Source of the DNA: a virus
Taxonomy: Duplodnaviria; Caudoviricetes
Reading direction: 5' to 3' (one strand)
DNA length: 64,000 nt
IMG/VR virus record: IMGVR_UViG_3300033273_000282
Location: 128,001 to 192,000 of that record
The notes under the pieces were generated by a model. That model saw only the letters and a list, made by a program, of their open reading frames with translations, did no database searches and was not told where the DNA came from. How positions within the stretch are numbered: position 1 is the first letter of the stretch; every line of letters begins with the position of its first letter. Shown piece by piece: positions 1-10,509 of the stretch. Made by a program: the position numbers and the translations under genes.

Positions 1-1009
1 TAAGTATCGTTGGAAGTATATGTACACCATCGATGCTGACAATATTCTAAAGTTTGTTACTTCTGAGTTTATTCCTGTTCTGGAGAACCCTCTTGTAGAA
101 GCTGCCGCAGGTGCTGGGTCTGTTGATACTATCGTTATTGAGAATGCTGGTGCTGGTTACAACAATGGTACATATACTAACGTCCCCATTCGCGGAGACT
201 GGGAAATCAACGGTGGATCTCAAGCCTATTGCTCCATCACTGTGATTTCTGGTTCTATTAGCAATGTTACTGTTACTCAGTCTGGATCTAACTACAGTTT
301 TGGCACTATTGACGTTGGTCTGATTCCAAACATCGGTACTGGTGCTAACGCTGATCTAGATGTTATTATTCCTCCTAATGGTGGTCATGGTTCTGATGCC
401 ATCAGAGAACTCGGTTCTTACCGTCTGATGTTTGCTTCTAAACTTGAGACCTCTACTGCTTTTGTTGACTTCCCAACTGACCTCACATTCCGTAGAGTCG
501 GTCTGGTCCTTAATCCATATGACTACAACACCACAACGGTGTCTTCTCAAAATACAAGATCTGGCGTAAAGGCTATGATCTTCCCACAGTCAGGAACTGG
601 TTCTCCCAGTGGTACTTTCCAACCTGGCACAACTATTTCTCAGGCAACTACCCTAGCAAAGGGATATGTAGTTTCCTACGATTCTAATACTAAGATTCTA
701 AAGTATTATCAAGACTCATTTGATGGTACCACTTCTGGTAATATTATTGAGTTTTCTGGTAATTATGAAATCACATCATCTGATTTGATTACTGCCACCC
801 CTGATTCTACTTTTGGTACAGCATCTGTTCCTAAGAGCCAGATTCAGATCGGTGTTTCTGTCTATGAACTTGGTCTCTCTTTTGTAGAGGGATACGCAAA
901 CGGTGAAGTTGAAATCAACTCTGGAGAAATCCTCTACATAGATAATAGGAACCCGATTTCCAGATCGGCGGATCAGAACGAAGAGCTCAAAGTAGTAATT
1001 GAATTCTAA
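1..1009 (+). CDS. gp8: Baseplate wedge subunit gp8 (5' partial; frame open from position 2)
   Basis: Frame reads KYRWKYMYTI upstream of the ORF-track Met, a conserved internal gp8 motif. C-terminus EILYIDNRNPISRSADQNEELKVVIEF is typical of cyanophage gp8. Confidence 0.88.
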   Translation, partial: KYRWKYMYTIDADNILKFVTSEFIPVLENPLVEAAAGAGSVDTIVIENAGAGYNNGTYTNVPIRGDWEINGGSQAYCSITVISGSISNVTVTQSGSNYSFGTIDVGLIPNIGTGANADLDVIIPPNGGHGSDAIRELGSYRLMFASKLETSTAFVDFPTDLTFRRVGLVLNPYDYNTTTVSSQNTRSGVKAMIFPQSGTGSPSGTFQPGTTISQATTLAKGYVVSYDSNTKILKYYQDSFDGTTSGNIIEFSGNYEITSSDLITATPDSTFGTASVPKSQIQIGVSVYELGLSFVEGYANGEVEINSGEILYIDNRNPISRSADQNEELKVVIEF

Positions 1010-4000
1010 ATGGCACAGAATACCAACCTTAATATCTCCCCTTATTTTGACGACTTCGACGAGGATAAGGGGTTTCTAAAGGTACTGTTTAAGCCTGGAT
1101 ACCCAGTCCAAGCCAGAGAACTAACTACCCTACAATCGCTGCTCCAGAACCAAATTAACTCATTTGGTCAGGGTATCTACCGCGAGGGTAGTATGGTTGT
1201 GCCTGGGGGTATTACCCTCAATAAACAGTATCCAGTTGTACTGGTACAAAATAACTACCTCAACCTTCCCGTTGAGCTCTATAGGGAATCTCTGAATAAT
1301 AAAGTTATTAAAGGTTCTAACTCGAACATTCGTGCTAGGGTCAATTTCAGTATTAGTGCCACTGAGTCTGACCGTGGATACGTATCGTTCTACCTGACAT
1401 ATCTGACAAAGGCAGACGACAATACTACTAGCGTCTTCCAGGCTGGCGAAGTTCTGACTTGCGAAGAAGATATTACTTACAGCACATCTACCATTGTTGC
1501 TGGTACACCTTTGGCTCAGTTGCTAAACTCCAACAGCACTGCCATTGCTTCTACCGCCAACATTGGTAGAGGTGTTTATTTTGTTCGTGGTTACTTTGTA
1601 ACTGTACCCGAGCAAACAATTGTTCTTGATCAATACAGCAACAACCCCTCATACAAGGTTGGTCTGAAGGTTGAAGAGAGAATCATCACCGCTGACGAGG
1701 ATGCCAGTCTGTATGATAATGCTATTGGCAGCACTAACTTCTCTGCTCCTGGTGCCGATAGATTCAAGATCAATCTCACCCTGATCAAAAAGGAACTCAA
1801 GGACCCTAACTCTGCTGACTTTATTGAACTTCTCCGTACCAATGAAGGTAAACTGGAGAGTAAGGTAGAGCGTAGTGACCTTAGCTACATCAATGACATC
1901 CTGGCTCTTAGAACTAAGGAAGAGTCTGGTGACTATTATGTCAAGAGATTTAGTATCGATGTCAGAGAGAATCTGAACGATGCTTTCAATAATGGTGTCT
2001 ATGAAGCAGATGCCACTACTCAAGATGGCAATGAACCATCTGAGTCTAAAATGGCAGTACAGATTTCCCCAGGTACCGCCTACATTTCTGGTTATAGAAC
2101 CGAGAAGTTATCAAATACATTTAAGGATTCTGATAAGCCCAGAACATTTACTGCTGCCGATTCCCAGTCATTTGCTTCTGATTTTGGTAACTATGTTCTG
2201 ATTGATGATCTTTATGGTGGTGTTGAACTTTATGACACCATCGAGCTTCGTGATAGAATTGTAACTACCAACGGCACTGCTGCTGGTAATGTTATTGGTC
2301 TTACTAGAGTCTTGGGCTTTAGTTTTGACTCTGGTGTTAGAGATTCAACTAGCACTATCTACCGAGTTAATATCTCGGATACGACGTTGTTTACCACCCT
2401 CACCATGTCTGGTGCGGTAACTTGGGTCCAAGGAACCAAGATTGTAGGTGTCAACTCTGGCGCGTCTGGCTTCGTTAGAACTAATGGTTCTAACTCTACA
2501 TGTACTGTCTACGGTATCACTGGCAACTTTGTTTCTGGTGAAGCTGTTAGATATGAGAATGCTACCAGCAATCTGGGTACAATCTCTTCTGTTTATGGAT
2601 ATCAGTTTAGTGATATCCGTTCTATGTCCCTTAGTGGTACCTTTACTGCTAACATCCTTTTGGATGTACAAGCAACTCTTGCTGCTAATGGTCCTGTTCT
2701 GAGTGGTGTTTCTGGTGGCAATGCCACCGTCACTGCTAGTCTGTCTAATTTTACTGCTCAATTGAGAATCGGTGACATCATTAGATTCTCCAACAATAAC
2801 CAGCAGCATGTCGCTAGAGTTACCGCAGTAACTAATAACTCTAGTTTCACTATTACTAGAGAGGGTTCTACTACTCTGGCTAATGGTGCTGTAACTTCAC
2901 CAATTACTCTGACGAGACCTCAGATTCAGTTCGCTACTAAGCGTGCTCTGATTACTCCTATTCCTAAGGCTGCTGTTAAGTCTACCAGCACAAACAGTCA
3001 AGGTGCTTCTGTAACTCCTTTGGGTTACTTCCGCAAGTCTTACGTTATCCCTTCTTCGGAAATCACTAGCGGTTCGTTCTCTCTTTCTGCTGGATCTAAC
3101 CTCGTGTTTAGAGCAGCGCAAGATGCTGATGACTTCCAAATTATCGTAACCAGTGTAAGTTCTGGCAGTGGTGTTCTCGGTAACACCTACACCTATCCTA
3201 ACTTCACTACATCGACAGGATCTAACTCTGCCTCCGTTTCTGTCTCTGGTCTTCCTACTACAGTAAACGGTTGTATCGTAATTGCTACTGTCTACTCCAG
3301 CAATAGATCTGCTAAGTCCAAGACCACCGAGCGTATGAAGGTGGCTCTGATTAACAGATCTTCTCAGGGTGCTGTTAATGGTCTTACCAGCTACACCGCT
3401 GGTTATGGTACTAGAGTTCAAGATCGTACCATTTCTCTCGGTTGCCCTGACGTATTCAAGGTCAAAGCAATCTACGAATCAAAGGATTCTCAAGATCCCG
3501 TTATCCCACACTTCGCATATACTAACTTAGTTGGTTCTTATGAGATTAACCAGATTTTAACTGGTGCTTCTTCTGGTGCTAAAGCACAGATTGTATCTTT
3601 TGATAGTAACTATGTTTACTTTGTGATGCTGACAGATACTTTGTTTGATAACGCAGAGATTATTACTACTCCTACAACTACTGCTCGTATTGTAGCCAAT
3701 AGCATTCAAGAAGGTAGTTCTAATGTTACTAGCGCTTTTGATCTTGATAATGGTCAAAGAGAGCAGTATTATGACTACTCTAGAATTGTAAGAAAGAGTG
3801 GTTATTCGCCTGTATCCCATAAACTTCTTGTTATCTTTGATAGATTTGTAACCACTGGTGGCGACGGTTTCTATACTGTAGATTCTTATTCTTCTGACGT
3901 TTATAAGGAGATCCCTGAGTTTGAACTTTTCTCTCTGAGAAACGTTCTGGATTTCCGTCCAATGGTCCCAAGCCAGATTTCTGGTTCTGGTACTAGACTG

Positions 4001-7000
4001 TCTCCTTTTGAACACACCTCTTCTGGTAAACTTGATTTTGATAACAGAGACTTTACTGGTAACTATGTTGGTCTGCCTGGTCAGTCTGACACTACCATTC
4101 TGTCTTATGAATATTATCTCGGTAGAACTGATAAGATCTTCATCAACAAAGATAATAAAATCCAACTCGTCAAGGGTGAGCCTGCTGAGAATCCAGTAGA
4201 ACCCGCCGAGATTGAAGATGCCATGCTTTTGGCTACCATCTTCATGCGTCCATATGTCTTTGACATTGACAAAGATGTAGACATCACCCAGACAAACTAT
4301 AAGAGATATACCTTTAGAGACATTCAGCAACTTGAGACCAGAATTAAAACTCTGGAATACTATACTCAACTGTCTCTTCTTGAAACTGAAACCGCTACTC
4401 TTCAGATTAGAGATACCAACGGTCTGGATAGATTCAAGAATGGTTTCATTGTTGATAACTTTGCTTCTCTGGGAACTAGCGATACTTTCCACCCAGATTA
4501 TAGAGTCTCTATTGACTTTGAAGAAGGTCATCTGCGTCCTTCCCACTACACAACTAACGTCCCTCTGATCTTTAGCTCTAATTCCACCAACATTCAGCAG
4601 ACTGGTGATATTATCACCCTGCCATATACTGATGTTGTTTTGGTTGATCAGCCATTTGCTTCTGCTCTGGAGAATGTCAACCCATTCAACGTCTTTACTT
4701 TTGTGGGTGATATTAAACTTTATCCTGAGTCCGATGACTGGGTAGATACTAAGTCACTGGCTGCTCTTCAGGGTCCAACTGTTGAAGGTAACTACCAGAC
4801 TACTCTCCGTGATATGAGAGCGGATCAAAATGGTATTACTCCTATCCAGTGGGGTTCCTGGCAGACTACATGGTCTGGTCGTATCTGGTTTACACGTCAG
4901 GTCAGCACTGGTAAAGGTAAGAACCGTAGCACTAGAACTGAGAGATTCTCTAGAGTTAGAACTGATCAGACAAGAACTGGTGTACGTTATAGAATTACTC
5001 CTATTATTGAACAGCAGTCGCTGGGCAACAGAGTTGTTTCTGTTGAGCACATCCAGAACATGCGTTCTAGAAACATCGAGTTCAAAGCAGAGAAACTCAA
5101 GCCTAAGACTCGTTTCTATGCTTTCTTTGATGGTGTTTCCGTCAAATCTTATATCACACCCAAGATGCTTGAGGTGACAAAGAATCCTAATGATGACTCC
5201 GCAACAAACAGCATCCCATTCCAAGTCGGTGAGACTGTTAAAGGTCAAACTTCTGGTTGTACGCTCCGTATTCTGGAGCCAAATAATGAGTATAATGTCA
5301 ATCCATATACCAACCAGAACATCGCATCCGTCAGCGACTACACCGCAAACCTCGGTTGGATCAACCTCGACACTTCTTCTCTTGCCGCTCAAGCCCTTGG
5401 TGCTTACTCTGGTAACCCCATTGCTGGTGAAGTCCTGGTTGGACAGTCTTCAGGCGCAAGAGCCAAAGTTAAAGAAAGAAGACTTGTCACCGACAACGCA
5501 GGTTTCCTTAAGGGTACCTTCTTCATTCCAGATCCTAGCAAGTCTACCAATCCTAAGTTTAAGACTGGTACTCGTGTATTCCGTCTTTCGGATACTACGA
5601 ATGATTCGCAGGTAGTTGGTGAGTCTGAGTCCAGCGCACAGACAGAATACAGCGCAACTGGTATTCTCCAAACCACTCAGGAAACAATCATCTCTGTTCG
5701 TAATGCTAAACTTGACGAAGAGAGACTGACTCAAAACAGAACTCTGTGGTCTGACCCACTGGCTCAAACCTTCCTGATTCAGGACGATGAGCTTGAGGGT
5801 GGTGTATTCCTTACTAAGATCGATCTGTACTTCCAGCAAAAGGATTCTGAGATTCCCGTTGCTATTGACATTCGTACAGTGGAAAATGGTACTCCAACCC
5901 AAACTATTCTTCCTTTCTCTAAGGTAATTAAGAAAGCAGCAGACGTTGTTACATCTGCCGATGCTTCTGCTCCAACCACATTTACATTTGAATCTCCAGT
6001 ATTCATTCCTCACCAGCAGGAACATGCTATTGTCGTAACCTCTGACTCTAACCAGTTCAAGGTATTCATCTCGCTCCTGGGCGAAGATGCTATTGACGCA
6101 GCACACGCTGGTGAAAAGATCTCTGAACAACCTTATATTGGTGTACTGTTCAAGTCGCAGAACGCTTCTACTTGGACACCTTCCCAGTTTGAGGACTTGA
6201 TGTTCAAGATCTATAGAGCAGAATTCACTCTGCCTACTACACTGGCTCAGTCTCAAGTCTTCCTGAACAACGCTACTCTCGAAGAGAACAACGGTGGTTT
6301 CCTGCCACTGCTGCCAAACTCGATTGCTGTAACTGACAATCAAGCATACATTGATGTTTTCCACAGCAATCACGGAATGCAAAGTAATGCCAACTATGTG
6401 ATTATAAGTGGTGTTATTTCCGAAGTTGGCAATACTGCCACAACTAGCGCAGTATCAGCAACTGCCTCCCAGATTATTGTTTCTGACGCTTCGCTATTCC
6501 ACCGCTGTATCGGCGGCAATGCCACTCAAGCCGCTTCTCTGACCGCTTCCAACACTGGTCCTGGTAACGCCGCTCCTGCGGTCTCTGACACCAATCCTGG
6601 ATTCATCAAGATCGATGACGAGATCATTGCTTATGAGTACATTAACAATGGTTCCCCCAACTGGGTTATCAACGTTCTGGGTCACAACTCTGGTACCGTC
6701 TCTGGTAGAAACTGGGATCCATCCTCTAACTCTGGCGGTGCTTCTGGTTCTGCTCATGATAATGGTGCTACTGTTGAGTGCTACAACCTTGCTGGTATTC
6801 CTCTTACCAAGATCAATGGTACCCACCACACCACAACCTTTGGTGGTCTCAGCACACTCAATAGTCCCCATAAGTACAGACTGAACATCACTGGATTCAA
6901 GTCCCACAAGACTATCAACGCTGGTGGTGAAAATATCCTGGCTTCCCAGAACGTTCCCTGGGATGTTCTGACACCTCAGATCCAGACCCAAATTCAGCCT

Positions 7001-7690
7001 GGTTGTTCTATCGCTGCTAGAGCAAGAGCTACTAGCGGTACCTCCTGTGGTCCTTTCCCATCAGGAGTCACCCCTGAGACTTCTTTCCAAGCAGATTCTA
7101 CTTGGAGAGAAATTACTCTTAACGATATTAACTACTTCCTGTCCCATAAGATTATTGCTTCCAAGCAGAACGAAATCAGCAACATGTCTGGTGGTAAGTC
7201 TCTAACTCTGGAACTGAACTTCTTCTCTGATGTAAGCCATCTGTCGCCTGTTCTTGACACCCAACGTATGAGTGTCACTACGACTGCTAACCTCATCAAC
7301 TACGCTACACCTAGTCAGGGTATCGGTGATGAGAACGCCGCTATATACATCACGAGACTTGCTAGATTGGAAAATTCGTCTACAGGCGTTAAGGTTGCTT
7401 TGTCTGCTAATACATTCGAGTTCTCAGACATCGTTGCTATGTACAAACTCGTTCCTGCTGGTTACACTGGCGATCCCGACGATATCAACTTTGAATTCTT
7501 CAATACTGATGGTCGTCCTGATAGCGGAAAGATGGTTCCTCAAAACGATCCATTTGTCTGGAATGATTACGAGTATACCCTGAATGACGCGGCTGCTTTC
7601 GATGGATTCCAACTGAAGTTGGTACTGAGAAACTATAATCAGCCATACATTCCAAGAGTTAAGGATCTTAGAATCATCGCTCTGGCATAA
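1010..7690 (+). CDS. VrlC-like / DUF4815-type large virion structural protein (2226 aa)
   Basis: N-terminus NLNISPYFDDFD..KGFLKVLFKPGYPVQARELTTLQS; internal DRFKNGFIVDNF and DPLAQTF..GGVFLTKIDLYF; C-terminus PRVKDLRIIALA; lies directly after gp8 as in T4-like cyanophages. Confidence 0.85.
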   Translation: MAQNTNLNISPYFDDFDEDKGFLKVLFKPGYPVQARELTTLQSLLQNQINSFGQGIYREGSMVVPGGITLNKQYPVVLVQNNYLNLPVELYRESLNNKVIKGSNSNIRARVNFSISATESDRGYVSFYLTYLTKADDNTTSVFQAGEVLTCEEDITYSTSTIVAGTPLAQLLNSNSTAIASTANIGRGVYFVRGYFVTVPEQTIVLDQYSNNPSYKVGLKVEERIITADEDASLYDNAIGSTNFSAPGADRFKINLTLIKKELKDPNSADFIELLRTNEGKLESKVERSDLSYINDILALRTKEESGDYYVKRFSIDVRENLNDAFNNGVYEADATTQDGNEPSESKMAVQISPGTAYISGYRTEKLSNTFKDSDKPRTFTAADSQSFASDFGNYVLIDDLYGGVELYDTIELRDRIVTTNGTAAGNVIGLTRVLGFSFDSGVRDSTSTIYRVNISDTTLFTTLTMSGAVTWVQGTKIVGVNSGASGFVRTNGSNSTCTVYGITGNFVSGEAVRYENATSNLGTISSVYGYQFSDIRSMSLSGTFTANILLDVQATLAANGPVLSGVSGGNATVTASLSNFTAQLRIGDIIRFSNNNQQHVARVTAVTNNSSFTITREGSTTLANGAVTSPITLTRPQIQFATKRALITPIPKAAVKSTSTNSQGASVTPLGYFRKSYVIPSSEITSGSFSLSAGSNLVFRAAQDADDFQIIVTSVSSGSGVLGNTYTYPNFTTSTGSNSASVSVSGLPTTVNGCIVIATVYSSNRSAKSKTTERMKVALINRSSQGAVNGLTSYTAGYGTRVQDRTISLGCPDVFKVKAIYESKDSQDPVIPHFAYTNLVGSYEINQILTGASSGAKAQIVSFDSNYVYFVMLTDTLFDNAEIITTPTTTARIVANSIQEGSSNVTSAFDLDNGQREQYYDYSRIVRKSGYSPVSHKLLVIFDRFVTTGGDGFYTVDSYSSDVYKEIPEFELFSLRNVLDFRPMVPSQISGSGTRLSPFEHTSSGKLDFDNRDFTGNYVGLPGQSDTTILSYEYYLGRTDKIFINKDNKIQLVKGEPAENPVEPAEIEDAMLLATIFMRPYVFDIDKDVDITQTNYKRYTFRDIQQLETRIKTLEYYTQLSLLETETATLQIRDTNGLDRFKNGFIVDNFASLGTSDTFHPDYRVSIDFEEGHLRPSHYTTNVPLIFSSNSTNIQQTGDIITLPYTDVVLVDQPFASALENVNPFNVFTFVGDIKLYPESDDWVDTKSLAALQGPTVEGNYQTTLRDMRADQNGITPIQWGSWQTTWSGRIWFTRQVSTGKGKNRSTRTERFSRVRTDQTRTGVRYRITPIIEQQSLGNRVVSVEHIQNMRSRNIEFKAEKLKPKTRFYAFFDGVSVKSYITPKMLEVTKNPNDDSATNSIPFQVGETVKGQTSGCTLRILEPNNEYNVNPYTNQNIASVSDYTANLGWINLDTSSLAAQALGAYSGNPIAGEVLVGQSSGARAKVKERRLVTDNAGFLKGTFFIPDPSKSTNPKFKTGTRVFRLSDTTNDSQVVGESESSAQTEYSATGILQTTQETIISVRNAKLDEERLTQNRTLWSDPLAQTFLIQDDELEGGVFLTKIDLYFQQKDSEIPVAIDIRTVENGTPTQTILPFSKVIKKAADVVTSADASAPTTFTFESPVFIPHQQEHAIVVTSDSNQFKVFISLLGEDAIDAAHAGEKISEQPYIGVLFKSQNASTWTPSQFEDLMFKIYRAEFTLPTTLAQSQVFLNNATLEENNGGFLPLLPNSIAVTDNQAYIDVFHSNHGMQSNANYVIISGVISEVGNTATTSAVSATASQIIVSDASLFHRCIGGNATQAASLTASNTGPGNAAPAVSDTNPGFIKIDDEIIAYEYINNGSPNWVINVLGHNSGTVSGRNWDPSSNSGGASGSAHDNGATVECYNLAGIPLTKINGTHHTTTFGGLSTLNSPHKYRLNITGFKSHKTINAGGENILASQNVPWDVLTPQIQTQIQPGCSIAARARATSGTSCGPFPSGVTPETSFQADSTWREITLNDINYFLSHKIIASKQNEISNMSGGKSLTLELNFFSDVSHLSPVLDTQRMSVTTTANLINYATPSQGIGDENAAIYITRLARLENSSTGVKVALSANTFEFSDIVAMYKLVPAGYTGDPDDINFEFFNTDGRPDSGKMVPQNDPFVWNDYEYTLNDAAAFDGFQLKLVLRNYNQPYIPRVKDLRIIALA

Positions 7691-8004
7691 TGGATTTTGA
7701 TAAAATTGAGGATATAGTTCGGAAGCGAGAACAAGAAGTTCTCGCTCGTCGTGATCAATCTGAGTATGAAAAAAATAGAGACATCAGAAGAGAACTTGGT
7801 CTGATGAAAGTTGAGGGTCATGAGCATCTTGGTCGTGACCCTAAAACTAATGCGATCGTAAACACTGACAAGAGTGGATACAAAGCCTACATTGAAGCAA
7901 GAGATAAGAACAAACTTAAACTCACTGAAACTCAAGAACTGAAGAACGAGATTAACGAACTGAAGGAAATGCTCAAACTTCTAGTCGAGAAGAACGATAA
8001 ATAA
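7690..8004 (+). CDS. Conserved small cyanophage protein with C-terminal coiled coil (alternative start 7804)
   Basis: KVEGHEHLGRDPKTNAIVN..Y..Y motif followed by heptads LKNEINELKEMLKLL; TAATG overlap with the upstream gene. Confidence 0.75.
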   Translation: MDFDKIEDIVRKREQEVLARRDQSEYEKNRDIRRELGLMKVEGHEHLGRDPKTNAIVNTDKSGYKAYIEARDKNKLKLTETQELKNEINELKEMLKLLVEKNDK

Positions 8005-8018
8005 GAGTGAGCTAAATA
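7997..8018 (+). promoter_or_regulatory. T4-type late promoter-like motifs (ATAAATA 7997-8003, CTAAATA 8012-8018)
   Basis: Matches to the gp55 late consensus TATAAATA shortly upstream of the ATG at 8040. Confidence 0.55.
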
Positions 8019-8039
8019 CTAAAGAGAATATCTTAGCGA

Positions 8040-8378
8040 ATGGCATCTGCTGTATCCAACTTATTGATCTATCAGGGTGCTGATTTCACCATCGACTTTT
8101 CTGTCGAAAATGATAATGGCACTGAGTTCAATTTGTCAGGCTACTCTGCGGCATGTAAAATCAAGAAGCACTATACAAGTTCTTCCTCTGTAACTGTTAC
8201 TGCCGCGATTATTTCACCAGAGACGGCAGGACGTATTCAACTTTCGCTTAATAACTCGCAGACGGCAGCAATGAAGTCTGGTCGTTATGTTTATGATGTT
8301 GTTATCACTGCACCATCTGGTCTAAAAACTAGAGTGCTTGAGGGTACTGTTAGTGTTCTGGAGGGCGTTACACTCTAA
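8040..8378 (+). CDS. Small virion structural protein (BppU N-terminal-like beta sandwich)
   Basis: IYQGADF..DF, G.I.LSL...QTAAMKSGRYVYDVVI, RVLEGTV.V pattern. Confidence 0.7.
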   Translation: MASAVSNLLIYQGADFTIDFSVENDNGTEFNLSGYSAACKIKKHYTSSSSVTVTAAIISPETAGRIQLSLNNSQTAAMKSGRYVYDVVITAPSGLKTRVLEGTVSVLEGVTL

Positions 8379-8599
8379 TGGCAAGATTAAGATTCGGAGA
8401 TCAGTCAGTTCCTAGAGTGACCCGTGTCGCCACTGGTGGTGGCGGCGGAACAATTGGCGCACTTGCGGACATTGACTTGACCGACACATCGTTGGGTGGC
8501 TTACAGGATGGCAGCTTGCTCGTTTATGACAGCAACTCAACTAAATTCATTCCTACTACGGTTCTGAACAACATCACAGTTAACGGGGGTACCTTTTAG
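8378..8599 (+). CDS. Small virion protein (73 aa)
   Basis: L.DID......DGSLLVYD fibre-type motif; ends GGTF; TAATG-coupled to the upstream gene. Confidence 0.65.
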   Translation: MARLRFGDQSVPRVTRVATGGGGGTIGALADIDLTDTSLGGLQDGSLLVYDSNSTKFIPTTVLNNITVNGGTF

Positions 8600-10287
8600 T
8601 GGCATCGGAAATTCTAATTAAAAGAAGTACAGGCACAGTTGCGCCTGGTACTATCAATTACGGTGAACTTGCCGTAACCGTCGGCTCAGGTACTCAAGGT
8701 AACCTGGGCGACCGTCTTTTTGTTGGTGATAATAACTCCGCTGCTCAGGTAGTTGGTGGTAAGTATTTCACCGACATGCTGGATCAGGTACATGGTACTC
8801 TGACCGCATCTAGTGCTGTAATCGTTGACAGCAATCTCAAAGTTGATCAATTCCTGGTTGACAACATTACCCTTGATGGTAATACAATTACCACCAACGT
8901 AACCGATAGTGATCTGATCCTCGGTGCTAACGGTGCTGGTAAAGTTGTCCTCCTGGATGGTCAGGAGATTGAGTTCGGTACATCTGGTGATATCGAACTG
9001 GCTTGGAACGACACCACTGGTGACGTAGAGATTCGCAGATCAGGCGGTAACGCTAATGCTGCTTTGTTGGTACAGGACGACATCCCCCTGAAGTTCGGTA
9101 GTAACAATGATGCTCGCGTTTACTACGATGAGGCGACTCTCGATAAACTGCGTTGGGCTGGCGCTGATCAAGAATTTGATCTTGGTGTCCAAGTAAAGTT
9201 TGCTGACAATACTGCTGCTACTTCTACAGCAACTGGCGCTGTCCAAGTTGTTGGTGGTGTGGGTGTTGGTGGTACAGTCTGGGCAAATGGTTTGGCTGTT
9301 GATGGTGATGCCACCATTGGTGATACCACTTCTGATAACCTGACTGTCAACTCTGCTACTACCTTTAACGGCAATGTTATCTTTAATGGTACTAGCACCG
9401 TTAGTGGTAACACCTCTCAGACTGGTTACATTGACATTGACCAACTGAGACTTGATGGTAACGCTCTGTCTACCACTTCTGGTACAGAACTGATCATTGA
9501 CCCCTTCCCCGCTGGCGGTGATGCTGAGGGTCTGGTTATCATCAAAGGTGACCTCCAGATCGACGGTACTACAACCACTGTTAACTCGGCTTCTATGTCG
9601 GTTAACGATCCTACTATCGAACTGGGTGATCCCACTACTGTCCTGACAGTAACTACTAATGCTCTGTCTGGTGCTACTACCCTTGAGGTAGATAAGGTAG
9701 ATGGTATTGCTATCAATGATACAATTTCTGGTACTGGCATTCCTGCTGCTACCACAATTAGCAACATCTCTTCTGCTGGTTCTCCAGTAGTTCACACTCT
9801 TACTTTGAGTGCTGCTCTCACCGCAAACTGTAATGCTGGTGAGCAACTGACAGTTGTAAGGGACACCAACGACGCTCTTGATCGTGGTGTTAAACTTCAC
9901 TACCATGATGGTAGTGCTGCCAAATTTGGCTTCTTTGGTTACGATCGCAGCGGTGGTGCTGACGGTCAGGGTGCTTGGACCTTCATCGAAGATGCTACCG
10001 ACGTTGGCACCGTATTCGGTGTAAATGGTCAACGCGGTACTGTTGTACTGGGCGACTTGGAACTCGATACTGATCTTGCTGTTCAGTATGGTGGTACTGG
10101 TGGTTCTACCTTTACTCAGTATGGTATTATCTACGGTAATGCCGCCAATCCTTTCCAAGTAACAGATGCTGCCAATATGGGAGCTCCTGGAACTGGTAGC
10201 GATGCTACTACCTCTTACCAAATCCTGACAGTGACCTCTGCTGGGATCCCCGTCTGGACTAACGTCCTAGATGGAGGAACTTTCTAG
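8599..10287 (+). CDS. Fibre-like structural protein (562 aa, GTG start)
   Basis: N-terminal ILIKRSTG..APG....GELA motif typical of fibre/Mtd-type N-termini; IKGDLQIDGTTTTVNS..V.DP.IEL repeat; TAGTG stop/start overlap. Confidence 0.75.
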   Translation: MASEILIKRSTGTVAPGTINYGELAVTVGSGTQGNLGDRLFVGDNNSAAQVVGGKYFTDMLDQVHGTLTASSAVIVDSNLKVDQFLVDNITLDGNTITTNVTDSDLILGANGAGKVVLLDGQEIEFGTSGDIELAWNDTTGDVEIRRSGGNANAALLVQDDIPLKFGSNNDARVYYDEATLDKLRWAGADQEFDLGVQVKFADNTAATSTATGAVQVVGGVGVGGTVWANGLAVDGDATIGDTTSDNLTVNSATTFNGNVIFNGTSTVSGNTSQTGYIDIDQLRLDGNALSTTSGTELIIDPFPAGGDAEGLVIIKGDLQIDGTTTTVNSASMSVNDPTIELGDPTTVLTVTTNALSGATTLEVDKVDGIAINDTISGTGIPAATTISNISSAGSPVVHTLTLSAALTANCNAGEQLTVVRDTNDALDRGVKLHYHDGSAAKFGFFGYDRSGGADGQGAWTFIEDATDVGTVFGVNGQRGTVVLGDLELDTDLAVQYGGTGGSTFTQYGIIYGNAANPFQVTDAANMGAPGTGSDATTSYQILTVTSAGIPVWTNVLDGGTF

Positions 10288-10299
10288 ACCTAAATTAAC

Positions 10300-10509
10300 A
10301 TGGATGTAAACCTTATTATTTCTACATTACAACGTAAAGTTTCTGAGTTGACCTTGAGTAACATTATGTTGGAAGCGAAAATTCTCGATTTAACTAACCA
10401 GTTAAATAGTATCAACCAAGAAAAAAACTCACCAGAGAATGCTATAAATGGCAACGAGGATCAAACTCAAAAGCTCAGTAACAGCCAGCCAGGTTCCAAC
10501 GACTTCTGA
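10300..10509 (+). CDS. Small coiled-coil hypothetical protein
   Basis: MDVNLIISTLQRKVSELTLSNIMLEAKI heptad pattern; overlaps the next gene by 62 nt. Confidence 0.65.
   Translation: MDVNLIISTLQRKVSELTLSNIMLEAKILDLTNQLNSINQEKNSPENAINGNEDQTQKLSNSQPGSNDF

Noticed and set aside
1010-7690. Virulence function implied by the VrlC name
   Set aside because: The name is historical; in this synteny the protein is a standard baseplate-region structural protein of T4-like cyanophages.
10443-10450. TATAAATG as a late promoter for the 2392-aa gene
   Set aside because: It overlaps the start codon itself, so it could not produce a transcript containing that start; probably coincidental.
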